Source: Lama guanicoe (taxonomy: Eukaryota). Taken from it: a DNA stretch of 64,000 nt. The notes beneath the pieces are model-generated. The model saw only the letters and a program-made list of their open reading frames with translations. It was not told where the DNA came from and ran no database searches. The stretch lies in NCBI GenBank assembly GCA_013239625.1, contig MU053754.1, forward strand, positions 1,221,966-1,285,965. The letters run 5' to 3'. Below are positions 36,701 to 49,881 of this stretch, in pieces; within the stretch, counting starts at the first letter, position 1, and every line of letters begins with the position of its first letter. Made by a program: the position numbers and the translations under genes.

Positions 36701-39339
36701 CTTAATAATTTCTTCACTTTTATTTCCACTTACTGTTTTTGGTTAAATTTAAGTAAAACTTAATATAATCTTTGTTATTAAAAATGACATGTGTGAGTTT
36801 AATGCCATTTTTTAAAGTACTTTCCCCCTATCTTTTAGTAACAATTTAAGGGCCTTTTAATCTGAATGTTTCTGAAGAGAGATGTCTGTTAACAATCATC
36901 AAATGTTGACCAGAGCAATTTCTGGGTGGTGGGCTTCGGTGTGATTTTTTTTTTAATTTGTACTTTTCTGCATTGGTCTATTGTTTTTGTAATAAAATAT
37001 ATCTTTTTAGAGCAAAAAAATAAGTCATTATTACCTTAACAGAAATGGTAGGATTGAGTATATGTGACTGAGCCCAGGTGACCCACAAAGCCTAAAATAT
37101 TCAGTGTCCGGCCCTTGACCGGGTAAGTCTGCCACTCGCTGCTCTAACTCCTTGTCTGCTGAAGGAACATGCCAGCCCATCCGTGCACACACTAACCAGA
37201 CAGAGAGCATGAACCAGTTCACTGTCATACAACACACCTGCTTTCTCTCGACTCACCTAAGCGATCAGTAGCAGTGTAGAGCCTTTGTTTTTATGAGTAC
37301 GGGGAGCTAGCACACACCACCAGCCTCCCTCAAGGGTGACCAAGTAATGGTCATTGATGGCTACAGCTGTCACCAACAAACCTAATTCTCCTCAGCCACC
37401 AGACAGAAAGGTTTCAAGGGCAAAGACACAGCGTCGCAATTTCATACTAAAAAGGATGTGAGAGGGACTTACTAAGTTACAAATGCTGGAGATTCTGAGT
37501 AATAGTAGAAAAAAAAGTTCAAATGTCCTCTTCTTAGGACGCCTGATCATAGCGAGGCACCATTTCATTTCCTTTCTGAGCCACAAGCCCAGACAAGGTG
37601 TGTCCAGATGGAGAGGACACTGTTTTCAGAACATTTTTTTTCCATCTCTTTGGGAAATAATCACCACTCTGAAGTATGGATGAGAAAGAACATGACATAG
37701 CAGCCTGTGTAAAGACTTCAGACTTAAAAGGAAACACATTCATACTGGGGAGCCAGAAAATGCAGAATTATGGGGCATCTCTAAAACTAATCCAGTAACA
37801 ATTCTGTCCAAAAAAGACAGCAGAGAGGAGGAAAGTTTTCTCAAGACTGCTCTTACAAATCAAAGCTAATACTATTCAAAGAATCACTTTTCCAACCAGG
37901 GCCTCTCCCCACACCTTCTGACACCACAAAGGAAAGCTCTGGCCAGTGGAGCTTGCTTGTGCAGTTTAGTGGAAAAGTCTTGATGTCTCTGAGGTTCCTT
38001 GGGAGCTACAGGACTTCCTACAGTCTGCATGGGAAACTGTCTGCCTCCCAAGTCCATCCTTCCATCCTTTCGTGAAAAAACACCCCCATCACAAGAAGTA
38101 CCTCCTTTCTCTGCTTTTGCTTAAAGGGTTAAATGTCATGTAAGCAATGTACCCTCCGGTTCCTCATTCTCAAGGAGGGAACCTCTCTCATTACTGATGG
38201 CTAGCTTCCTGCTGATTCTGTGATGTGCTCACTTGAGCCTCGTAAAGCCAGTCTTTAAAATAAAGTAAGATTCTGGACAACTTTTAGCAACGGCATAGAA
38301 ACCCAAAACATGGTAGGAGAGGTGGGGATAAAACATTGAATGATTCAGGGCAGTGCCAAGGAGTGGAAGATCTGCAATCCAGTGATAAACAGGCTTTAAA
38401 TATCATGAGTCAAAAATCTCCCATAATTCAGCAAAGTCAATGACTCCAAGTGCAAGTGCCTATCATGGCAGCCTTTCAGAACTGCTCTTCAGCACATACA
38501 TGTTTTTGTCCTAAGAGTGAAAATGAATGCACAGGAAATAATTTGATCTAGCCTCTAAATTTAATGGAATAGATTTCCATTTCAGCTTGTGACACTGGCC
38601 GTTCTTCCTTTCTTTGTGGCCAGGACAATCAAGAGAGTGTTCGGACGCTGACCAGAGAGATGACAAGAGAAACAATAACCCATCAAACAATGAGCTGACA
38701 ATCGGAGCTATTTTTCTTCCTTATGTAGAAAATAATTCTTTCCTTCCAAGAAGCAGCCTGTTAAATTTTTTTTTCAATGGGCAGCAGTATTTATTTTATA
38801 TGAAATGTATCTTCAAGCAGAGTTCACTTGTCTTGTTAGGGTATTCTTAGGTTTTGTGAGAGGTTAACCAGGGAAGAGTTTCACTAAGAAACTGACACCA
38901 ACTAGTGAAGAAGGTAGCAGATAAAATACGCATTATCAGGAAACAACTGTCACGGGGAAGCCAAAAGCATTACGCATGGATTTGGGTTCCTCTTTACAAG
39001 GTTACGGCTCTAGTTTAGGTAGTTTGTTTCCATAATGTGAACTTGGATGTGTGCGAAACAAAGGACACACTGTTGCCCTTCAGTTTCCATTATTTGGTCC
39101 ATGAAACTATGAGATCCTTGAAAGGAAAAATACTCTCATTGGTTGAAGGGATGGCAACAGTGGGACGAGCTATCGCAAGAGGCTAGGTATTATTCTAAAG
39201 TAACTACGTGCCCCTACAGGGACCTAATCATCCCTGAAATTTACCCAAAAGACCATTCCTGAAAAGGACCCTGAATCCATTCATGACTCAACAAATCTGC
39301 TCCAGAAACGTCCAGAAGCCAAAAAACATGGTGGGTGAG

Positions 39340-39790
39340 GATACAGGTCAATGAGTCAGACACATCCAGCTGTCAGTTCCAGCTGTTCTTACTACCCAGG
39401 GCTAACTTCTCTGAACGTGATCTTCCTCCTCTGTTATGTGGAAATAAGAACCGTCTACCCCCAAGGGTTGTTGTGCAAAAGGTAAAACAAACAAAAAGAC
39501 CTATTAAGGTCTAGAACATGCTAAGCATCCATGCTATGGTGGCTGTAATTACTACTGTGCTTGCTGGACTGAATCTCGTGGGGTCATAATCTAAGTAAGT
39601 GTGCCACAGTCCCTGCCAACCAAAAGCTTAGCAGGGAGCCACAGACATAAACAAGGGAGAAATACAATGTATTTGTAAGGGCTTTATAATATTTGCCCAT
39701 GGGTGGGCAGGTTAAGATGAATTATGACAATGAATGGGGAACTGAGTGGTCAGCAAAATCTTCTCTGGGAGAATGACCCTGAATTTGGAT
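39340..39790. mobile_element. MIR (~39340-39550) and L2 (~39580-39790) fragments
   Basis: taacttctctgaacgtgatcttcctcctctgttatgtggaaataag is a MIR core. Confidence 0.6.
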
Positions 39791-40099
39791 TGAAAGCTCT
39801 TCCACATCTGTGTTACCTACCAGCTTCAAAGGTAGAGAAAACAGGAGGATGAAGCCGGTATCAGGAGAGAATGAGGCTTGTCACATGGCAACCAGGAAGC
39901 TGAAAATGTTGCAATCAGTCACCTCTGCCACTCAAAGTGTGCTTCACAGACTAACAGCCTGGCACCAGCTGGTAGCTGGGGACGAACGCAGAACCTCCAG
40001 CCCTATCTCAGGAGGCCCTCCCATACCTATAAAACATGCCTGGGTTTCAGTAAGATCCCCCAGGGGATCTACACACATTTAAGCATGAGAAATGCTGAC

Positions 40100-40905
40100 T
40101 TGAGCTACCCAAGCTATAAAACACAGGGTCTGTTTGTTTCCATGTCTGTGGGAACGAGGCTCCAAAGACAGTCCCCAGATATCTCTTCCTGGATGTACAT
40201 CTGCTCCACACATCAGCAGGTGGACTTTATTTTCCTGGCCTTCATGCTGGGCTGGTCTTTGAACCAGCTTTGGCAAAAAGAATGCAGCAAAAAATGATGC
40301 TGTCTGTCAGAACCCACAGAATGTACACCACCTAAGAGGGAACCTAACGTAAACTACAGACTTTGAGTGATAATGACGTGTCAATGCAGGTTCACTGACT
40401 GCAACAAATGTCCCACTTTGGTGGGGGGTATAGATGGTGGGGAGTCCCTGCGGGAACTCTCTGTGCTTTCCAATTAATTGTGCTGTGAACCTAAAACTGT
40501 TCTGAAAAATACAGTTTATTAACTAATAATAATAATAAAATGATGCTCTGGGAATTCTAAGCCCAGGCCTAAAAGCTTCTTGTTCCTTGTATTCCAGCCA
40601 CCACGCTATGAGAAGCCCAAGCTGCATGGAAAGGCCTTGTGGAGGAGACTGGGGGCACTGCAGTGACCGCCTCAGCTGAGGTCCTGGTCAACAGCACCGC
40701 CTGGCAGCCATGCATGGGAGCCCCATCTTGGATAACACAGCATAGTCAAGACCCGAGAGGTGTGCAGCCCCAGCCAGCAGCATGGGAAGCCAAAGACCAG
40801 CTCTCTGAACCCAGCCCAGGCACAGAATCACGAGAACAACTAAACTGCTGTGCTAAGTCACTAAGGTGTGGGGATGGTTTATTATGCAACAAAATATATA
40901 GAAAC
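40100..40905 (+). mobile_element. Old MLT1 (G/H-like) LTR split by an L1MC 3' end (40302-40540) with target-site duplication
   Basis: L1MC text taaactacagactttgagtgataatgacgtgtcaatg...gtgaacctaaaactg; TSD aaaatgatgct at 40291-40301 and 40537-40547. Confidence 0.75.
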
Positions 40906-41042
40906 AGTCTGAGGGTGCATTACAGCACAGTTCCATCCCATTTATCTGGGTGACCGGATTAAAGAAATTTACAATCTCGCTTTGAAGATAAGCCTTCACT
41001 AAAAAAATATTTGGTTTGTTGAGTATTAAGAAGTGCAAATTC

Positions 41043-41239
41043 TGCACACATCACTATATTTAAAATAAACAACAAGGTCCTACTGTGTAGCACAGGGAAC
41101 TGTATTCAGTATCTTGTAATAACCTATAATGAAAAAGAATATGAAAAGGAATATATGTATGTATAACTGAATCACTGCTGTACACCGGAAACTAACAAAC
41201 ACAACACTATAAATCAAGTATTCTTCAATTTAAAAAAAA
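41043..41239 (+). mobile_element. 5'-truncated young L1 3' end with ~15-bp TSD
   Basis: aacaacaaggtcctactgtgtagcacagggaac...cttcaatttaaaaaaaa; TSD aagaagtgcaaattc (41028-41042) and aaggagtacaaattc (41238-41252). Confidence 0.9.
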
Positions 41240-41836
41240 GGAGTACAAATTCATTGTTGATAAGGTTCTCATTCAAAACAAGTCCTGATGTTATGGTGCA
41301 AAGAAGTAAAAGGGATAAATAAGGCTAAAGGGAACAAAGGAAGTCTTGGAGCATTCCTTTTTTATCCATGCAGCTCTTTTCTTAAGAAGAACATGGCATA
41401 TCTATCTAAAACGTGGGTGAAATAGAGAAAAAGATGAAGAATGCTTTTCAGCAGGTGTCTCCATTCTCCCAATGGATCAACTGAAGAAAATAACTGTTCT
41501 CTCAGGCTTTCGATGATGTTCTTTTACTAATTTAAAGTATCTATTTGCCTCTGAAATAAATGTCCAAAAGAGGAAACACATGTCATGCGTGTTCCTGGAA
41601 AATGTGCTATATGTGAATGTAAGTTTCTCATTTAAAAAAAGGCGTGATGAGGCATTCTTATTTCAACCGTGGAACTGCTGTTGCCTAATGTTTATAGAAA
41701 TGACAACAATGGTCATATTGAATTGTCCTAAGTGGTGTAACTTCAAAGAATAAAGCTTCTTAGGACATTTATTAACTATATGGCACATGGATTAACAATC
41801 AGAAATCATAATACATACTATAATGTGTTTATCCTA

Positions 41837-42134
41837 TTTTATTTTATTTTTTAATTTAAGAATTTTTATTGAAGTGTAGTCAGTTACAATGTGTCAATTT
41901 CTGGTGTACAGCATAAAATCCCTGTCATGTATATACATAGATACATTTATTTTTATATTCTTTTTCATTAAAGGTTATTACAAGGTATTATAGTTCCCTG
42001 TGCTATAGAGAAGAAATTTGTTTTTTAAAATCTATTTTTATATATAGTTGTTAATATTTGCAAATCTCAAAATTTATCCCTTCCCACCCCCTTTCTCCCA
42101 GTAACCGTAAGATTGTTTACTGTTTCACGGTAGT
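41837..42134 (-). mobile_element. 5'-truncated young L1 3' end
   Basis: tttttattgaagtgtagtcagttacaatgtgtcaatttctggtgtacagc; tatccta on both flanks. Confidence 0.88.
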
Positions 42135-43169
42135 ATCCTACAATTTTACAATCTGTCCTTTCTTCGCACCAACATAAATCACAAGACAAGGAAGCCCTTT
42201 CACCAGAGCAGAGCATGGCTACAAGCTCCGAGGACGGAAGGGGGACGCTGGGGGTTCCCAGAAGGCAGGCAAGTGGGCTCCATGCCTCCTTCCATCATGC
42301 AAAATGAGGATAAGTACCGTTAGTCCCCTCGAGGCTGAGATTAGGGTGAAATAAAGGAACCTACATCAAGTCCCCATTAAGCGTTTGTCACATCGTAAGA
42401 GTTCCACACAGGTGGAGAAATGCAGGGATGGAGGAGAAATTTTAGATTCCTCACTGCCACTACTGCAGGCTCCTTACAGGCGTCACAAATGACACTGGTT
42501 GTTTTTCTGCCTTCAAAGTGCGTCTTCCTGCCTCCTGGAACCACCACTCCGGAACACGTGGACACAGGTACTCCGCCTTCCCCACGTGCTTCAGAGGGCG
42601 TGCAAGTGCACGCGGGCACAAGTGAGACACGTTCTCTCCTCAAGAACACGTCTCCAAGCTCCTGCACTGAGCTGGGGGCCATGCTGTCTGCTCAGCCCCT
42701 TCCCACACTCTTGCCGGGCGGGGCTGTGTGTGGGGACAGCACCGAGGCCGCCTAGGGGAGCAGAGACGGACAGGGAAGCAGGGAAGTAACCGTCAGGGAT
42801 GAGGTCAGACTGCACGAGTTCTTCGGGAAGTCCATTTGTGCTCTGACGAGGGTGTTAAGCAGAGGAACCGTGCAGTCTGTGAGGAGCGGGATGCTTGTAG
42901 CTGCGGATCCGGGGCAGAAGCCAGCAGCCCAGCGAGGAGGCTTCTGCAATAACCCCGTTCAGGGAACGGGCGGGGTAGCGGGTGTTGGAAAGGCAGTTAC
43001 ATTCCAGCATAATGTATTTTAATGGTAGAGCCTACAGACTCAAATCACAGTTAGATGTGGAGTGTGAGAGAGACAGATAGACGTACAGACTGACACGAAA
43101 GCACCTGGTCTGAGCAAACGGGCCTGATTTTCATCAGCAGAGACGCTCGCCAGCTAGCATAACGCAGCT

Positions 43170-43665
43170 CACCTGCGCGCCCCCCAGAGCCGCGCGCTCC
43201 CAAGTTGCAGCCAGCACGGAATTTGCAAATACCAACCACGCTCCCGAGGGGAAACATCCATTCACCCTGGACTCATGGCCAGCAGCACTGTAGCTGGGGC
43301 CTGAAGAAAGCTTGACTCACACGCGGATTTTTCTCCCTGGTGCACGCACATGGGGACACGAGACAGCACTTCAGTGCTGGGCTGGACCATTTTAAATGGC
43401 AAAAATCACCGGGGGGGAGGCAGCAGCAGCAGCACAAAAACACAAAAAATGTGGCACTACAGAGACAACCGAAAGGACCCTCGTGTCCAGTCCGAGAGCC
43501 GACACAGGCAGGCAGAGGTCTCGCTGTTCAACGTGCACTGGGAACGTCTCCCCACATCAGTGAACGACCCTGAAAGCGGTGGCTGTATTGATCTGGGGTT
43601 AAAAACACATTTTCGCAAGGAAGGAATTCATAAATACAGACTTCATGAGGAATGCGCATCGACAG
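43170..43665 (-). mobile_element. MER82-like TcMar-Tigger element
   Basis: gacagcacttcagtgc...ccattttaaatggcaaaaatcacc...aaaaatgtggcact...gtattgatctggggttaaaaacacatttt resembles recalled MER82, reversed. Confidence 0.75.
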
Positions 43666-44984
43666 GAGTCCTAGGTGCTCAGATGTCTATTGTTAACGAC
43701 AAATGGGTGCACACGCGGAAGGAGAATGCAAGGGAGACCAGAGAGCAATCAACCAACTCACAGAGGGGGTGGTGCTCTTTGCGCCCTTGGAAGAGGACTG
43801 GCTTACCAGACCCCCCAAAACGCCTACAGCACAAGTCACACTCCTGTATGTCAAGACAGCTGGCCATGAGCCTGGGGGAAAAGAAACAGCGTGACCCAAG
43901 ACAGAAGTAACTGATGCTCAGCCCTGGGGCCAGCGAGACAAGAAGCAGAGAAAGGAGGTGGTCAGTACACACTGAAACACTCAGCTGCAGCAAATCATTC
44001 TCAGCCTGCTTAAAATTCCACTTTTTTTTTTTTTGAAAACAAAAAGGAAAAAGAAAAGAAAAAAAGTCAAATAATTTAATTTTTAAAAATTTACTGCTGG
44101 ACAACTTTTTTTAATGCAGCTCCCTTGGGCATAGAATTCCTCACTAGTGGTAGAAATCGGCCTTATTTGCACTCTGTTTTTACTTTGATCTCTTACCATA
44201 TTCATGTTTTAAGAGGTGAAAAGTCCCAGAGCTGGGTTTCAACAGTAACTAAACAAAAACGTGTAAGAATTCAAACCCCCAGAGTGATGTATTTGCACTC
44301 TGCCTGTGTGCCATAACCACAACTCTAATTCTACTTTTTTTTTTTTTGCCTAAGCATGACCATGGACTTCAAACATTATGCAGTGCAACAGAAAAACAGC
44401 TCAATGCAGCCAAAAAAAAAAAAAAACTACCAAGTTTACACAAGCAAGTGCCTGTTTTTCTTTACCGGTGTTCCGTCCAGCGTCTCCACGGTTCCTCCGT
44501 TTGTGCTTGGAATCCTCATTCTTGGCAGTGGCTTCAGACGTGGTTGACCGTGACGGCGCGAGGCCAGCCAGCCTAGCACCCCAGAGGCCACGTAGTGAAC
44601 TCTGGCCCTCGCACATGCGGAAGCGTGCTTTACCAAAGGGTGGGAGGAGCCACGGAGTAATAGGCGAGGGTCTGCCGGAAACATCAGACTTCTCCAAAAT
44701 TTTGGGAAGGAAGATTTGAATCTGCGTTCTAGGAAAGACGTTTTGGCCAGAAAAAGTGCAGTGTCTGTCACACGTGAGTGAGAGAATGGGTAGCTTCCAT
44801 TACTGGGGTGTTCGCTCTGAGTCTAATTTAGGTCCATGAGAGCAAAGTGCACCCCTACAGTAGAATCCAATTATTTCAGTGAGGGTCCAGTTGCAACATA
44901 TGATTCTGGGGGAAGTGTGAACAGAACCCTACCTCATTTTTACATAAAATGATTTTTTACCTTGTGACTCAGTATTTTTCTAAG

Positions 44985-45583
44985 AGTCCTATTAGTGTTC
45001 GATTGCTGTGTAACAAGCTCCCATAGTCTTACCAACCTAACACAACCCCCTTTTACTAGCTCACGGTTTCCCTGAATCAGGACTTCAGGGCAAAGGGGCT
45101 ATTTCCTCTGTGCTGGGTTTTACCAGGCTAAAATTAAGGTGTCAGCAGCTATATCTGCATCTAAAAGCTGGGGCTCCCCTCTCAAGCTTACTGGGTGTTG
45201 GAAGAATCCGTTTCTTGTGTCTGTGCAGCTGACGTCCTGATCTTCTTGCTGGCTGTAAGCGGGAAGTTACTCTCAGCTCCATAAGGCCACCCACAGGCCT
45301 TAGCTAGGGGGCCCCCAAGAATCCTTCTCATATTTCCAGTATCTCCGACTTCAAGAAAAGCTCGGGCCCCCTTAAGGGCTCACCTGATTAGGTCAGGCCC
45401 ACAAGGAACATCATCCTTTCAATTTACGCAAGGTCAACAGACCAGCAACTTAATCACAGGACTGATCTCCCTTCACATTCCTAGGCCCTGCCCACCCTTT
45501 AAGGTGTGAAATCATATGAGGGATGAAAACATACACGAAGGGGCAGGAATCTGGGGACCACCTGAGGATCCTGCCTCCTAGCA
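44985..45583 (-). mobile_element. MLT1E-like MaLR LTR
   Basis: attgctgtgtaacaa...aaattaaggtgtcagcag...taagggctcacctgattaggtcaggccca...ggggcaggaatctgggg. Confidence 0.85.
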
Positions 45584-46129
45584 GAGGAAGGTGTCATTAC
45601 ATCTGCACACCACATGAAGAATGAATTGTTCACATACATTATTTCAGAGTCCTGCTACAACTGTGATGATGAAATAACTGAGTAAAAAGAACAAATTCCT
45701 TATGGAGAAGTCTACATGAAACAATTATCAAAACTCTGGGGTTTTGTGATCAGTATCCTTGTCAAGGCACTATTTGGTAACATATCAAGTCAAGTTTTTA
45801 TTTTCTACAGATTAAAATAAAGGGTTTAAACCACAAAGTTGAAATAAAACATAAAATAAAGAGGGAAAGTCACAACAGTCTGTAATCTACAGAGATTCTG
45901 AGTGTCACGGACTTTGCCTGGGGTTCCCAGAAATAAGACTTCCGTCCTAAAAAGAAAAGTAGGTAACAGCAGTTAGGCAGTAGTTGTCGATCCAGATGGC
46001 TGGCTGTCCTGAAATGCTCAGTAATGTGGGGTCTGGGTGGGGAGATAGAAATGAGTATACTGTTTCACTCAGAGAGCCCTGAGCAGTAGGTACATGAAGC
46101 TGTCACTGAGCCAATAAAACGTAAAACTG

Positions 46130-46795
46130 ATCATGCAGGAACATTGCTCCAGGAAGGATAAAGAGCACAACCACTTTAGAAAACTGTCTGGCAATGTCTG
46201 TCAAAGCTGAAGGCATGCACACCCCGCCAACCACGGATTCCACTCCTAGGAGCATCTGCAGCAGGATTTGACCTGTGAACACCAGCAGGCATCACATCAA
46301 AGCACAGTCACAGCGCCAGTCTTCGTAATGGCCTCAGATGGGAAACAGCTCATCAATAGATCAACCCAACTACTGCCCAACAGCAGTGCAACAGAGGAAA
46401 AGTAAATTATTTTATATTCACACAATGTAAAGCTATAAAACAATGAATATATATAAACCGCTTCTACACAGAACAGCATGGCTGAATTCCACAGACATAA
46501 CTGTGAGCCAAAGAAGTCAGGGACCAAAGGTCCATTCTATATCATCCCAATTATATAAAATTTTAAAAGAAGCTAAGTGATAGTATTTGAAGTCAGCAGC
46601 TGGCTGACCTTTGGGGAGAAGGGGTTAGTCATTGGAAGGGTCCCCCGGGGAGCTTCTGAAATACTGATTATTTGCTACTTTTTATATGAGTTACAGACGT
46701 GTTAATTCCAGGAAAATTTCAGTGTGCTGTATAATCATGATGTGAGCACTTTTCTGTAGGTGTGTTTTACCTCAATAAAAAGTTTACTGAAAAAT
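46130..46795 (+). mobile_element. L1ME-type 3' end
   Basis: aaccactttagaaaactgtctggca...ttccactcctagg...ttttacctcaataaaaagttt. Confidence 0.8.
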
Positions 46796-47794
46796 CATTC
46801 ACGTAGGAGTAGGTTTTTGGTAATGTCAGCAGAGTGAAGTGATTCCGTGCACTTGGTTAAACTTTAAAATATACTTGAAAGCTCCCAAAAAGAGATGGAA
46901 AGTGGAGGGGAGTTTAACCTTGAACATTTGCAGCTGTAAGAGTAAGAACTGATAGATTGTGGCTTGTCGGCCTCAGATCCCCCACCCTGCACCCCCAGGG
47001 CCAGGACTGTGGACAACAGCATGAGCACACCTACAGCCTTGCTGGGAAAGGGCTCTGAGGAAGGCACCGGAGCTCAAACGGGAACTCGTGGGAGCACGAG
47101 AGCCCTTGACGGATCCAAATTCAGAACATAACCTGCCTCAATCACTGGCATTCGTACAGCTCAGCCACAAAGGCACAGGGAAACGCTGGGGAAAGACCAG
47201 AGCATCACGGAGCAAAAACATGCCAAGGCAGTGATTGTCTTAACTGAGTACACTCTCCAACCATGCACAGCCTGCGCAGCAGAAAGCCTGAAGGGTCAGA
47301 GTCCCGAACCCAAAGCCAGATGAGCAGATGGAAAGTAATCATTTGCCTAGATGCCAGGCAAGCAGAGAGAGCAAGTCCCAAATCTTCCCAAATACTCGGC
47401 TAACTGTCAGCTCCCATGGGCCCAGGGAAGAGCCACAGGCCCAGGCCGAAAAAGTAGCAGTGGAAAAAAACAAGACAGGGCCAAGATCTCAGTGAACTTG
47501 CATGACAGAGACACAGCACCTACTAGAAGAAAATGACCACCAAGACACAGCCAGTGCTGGGCCCATGGGGTTCAGAAATATTGAAATACTACAAAGGATG
47601 TTCTGTGTCTATAAGGGAACTAACTCAGAAATCAACACATACATACCAGATATCTGGGAATTAAATAACTCACTGGAAAACACAACATGTCGACAGACTT
47701 ACACGAAGCACACAGGACAGTGCCTAGACAGACTCTACGGGCCTTAAAGGCTTATCTATAAAAATAAAAAAGGTCACTAAGCAATGACGTAAGC

Positions 47795-47997
47795 CAGGGC
47801 TTGGCAAGCTTTTTCTTGAAAGGCCAGGTAGGAAATATTTTAGGCCTTGTGGGCCGTATCGCCTCGGCTGCAACCTCTCACCTCGGCTACCGTAGCACAG
47901 AAACAACTACACACAATACGCAGAAGGAATGACCATGACTGGATTCCAAAAAACTACTGATAGGAACAAGCACTGGGCCATAATCTGCTGATCTCTG
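47795..47997. mobile_element. MER58A inserted in an old L1 fragment (~46820-48145)
   Basis: cagggcttggcaagctttttcttgaaaggccaggtaggaaatattttaggc; degenerate 8-bp hAT TSD acgtaagc / atctaagc. Confidence 0.85.
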
Positions 47998-49499
47998 ATC
48001 TAAGCTTGCACAATAGGAAACTAAGAAAAGAAAAATAAGCTCAAATTAACAGGAAAAAAGAACACAGGTAATGGCAGAAATCAATAAAATATAAACCGCA
48101 AAACTAATAAAACCAGAAGCTTTTGCTCTTAGAAAATGATCAACGACTTCTCCAATGTGACCTAAAAATACTACACGGCGTCCTCCAGGCATTTTAGGAA
48201 ATTTGTACCTCTTTCCTGAGAGATGACCCTGACACGTGGTAAAGCATTAAACCAATGTCACCATTTGTGTATCCTATTTATATGGCATTTCTTTCTAGAA
48301 ATATTGTGATGCTAAGACAGACAAGAGGAAGTGCCCTTACATTACATCTGATATGCGTGTCACCCTCTTCATTTCAGCCAGTTTTCCAAAACCTATAAAC
48401 TCAATGGAATCATATTTCAACCAGTAACTGGAGAGATCGGCAAGAAATTTCCTGGTGAAAATAACACAAAATATTCCTTTCAAGTAAAAATACCAAGACA
48501 CAGAAGAGAAGGCAGGCATAAGGTTTTTAAATTGAAAGAAAACTTGCCGGAGCCCTGCATTTTGAACACGTGGTTGATGAGATCAGGCTGTTTTCATCAG
48601 TGGGCGCAGCAAGGCCCACCACTTCCCCCAAACCCGGGGATTTCCTTCCGTCTGCTGTTGCGGACACTGACGGAAAGACGAAGAAGCAATGCTTCGTGCC
48701 AAGTCATTTCATCTTGCCCAGAAAACTGCTTCAACCTCCTCTCCTTTTTCTTCCCTGCTCTATTTCCAGAAAAAGAGTGACTTTACAGGTAAGTCTTAAA
48801 GTAGGAGACTCTAGGAACAGGCCAGGCGAAAGGTAGGGGCAGAGCTATGGGTTCAGATGTCAGGAAAAGGAGAGGAATCCTGTGCAGAGGAGCTCCAGTA
48901 AATTCCAACCAGCTGTCTGCTGACTAAATATCTTCAGTTGTCAGGGTAAGTGTAATTGCTGGAGAGCTACAGTCAGACATCCCTGCAAGTCCTTTTGACA
49001 TGGATCAAATCTGTATGTAAGCAAGGATGCATTTGAGAACCACTTACTTTAAACAGTAAAATGCTGTTAACCATACAGCCACGAACAATAATCTCCATCT
49101 TCATACTGCTTTACAGTGTCCAAAGCATATCACAGATGGAGGCAGTGTACAATTATCCACAGACTACCTATGAATTTGTGGATTTTCCATACCATTGACA
49201 TTTCCCCATCTCTCTCAATTACCTTGCATCTCTCTGCTTTTTCTAGCACATGGGGACAGAGAAGAGCCCAGGCAGTCGAGCTAATCAGTAGCCCTCACCA
49301 TGGTGACACATGAGAAGGCTTAACTAATAACCTCAGTGGTGATTCTGCATTTCTGGACCACTTTTCCCATTCACGCCTCCCTCTTACTACATGGGGGGGG
49401 GAATCATTTCTAGTATATTTTCCCTGTTGATATCAGAGACACGCCAAACACGAGTATGTCCGACAATCACAGAGTCTGCACAGTTGTAGGGAATGTCAC

Positions 49500-49881
49500 T
49501 GAGGCAGTGAGACTATAACTAGGGACCCTCAGCTCTTTGATTCTGTCCCTTGTTTCTTGCAGTCAGGACTAGCTAGCCAGAGATTTATGACTTAGATAAT
49601 GTTCCATTTGCAAGCAAGACTTGATGGCTGCTTGGAATCACATTATCAAGACAAGTATCTCTGAAAATAGAAGACTGCCCCCTCTGCAGCACAGAGCCCC
49701 TTCCTCTTTTCCCTGTATAATCTCTGAGCCAAATCTGGGGAGGAGGGAGTTGGTTCTTTGGCACATGGGTCCACCTTCTCCCGAGGACTTCCAGCTTCTT
49801 TGATAAAGCTGTCTCTCCTCTTGCCCAACACTTGTCTTTTAATATTGGATTCTTGAGTGACAAGCAGGCAAACCTGTAACA
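49500..49881 (+). mobile_element. ERV1-type solo LTR, probably lineage-restricted
   Basis: TG...CA ends (tgaggcag...tgtaaca), TATA-like tgtataat, polyA-like gataaagct, U5-like tattggatt...gacaagcagg. Confidence 0.65.

Noticed and set aside
43173..43300. Minus-strand exon-like segment with a strong donor, and ORF 43350..43910
   Set aside because: Both overlap the MER82-like transposon; kept only as part of the CpG-patch finding.
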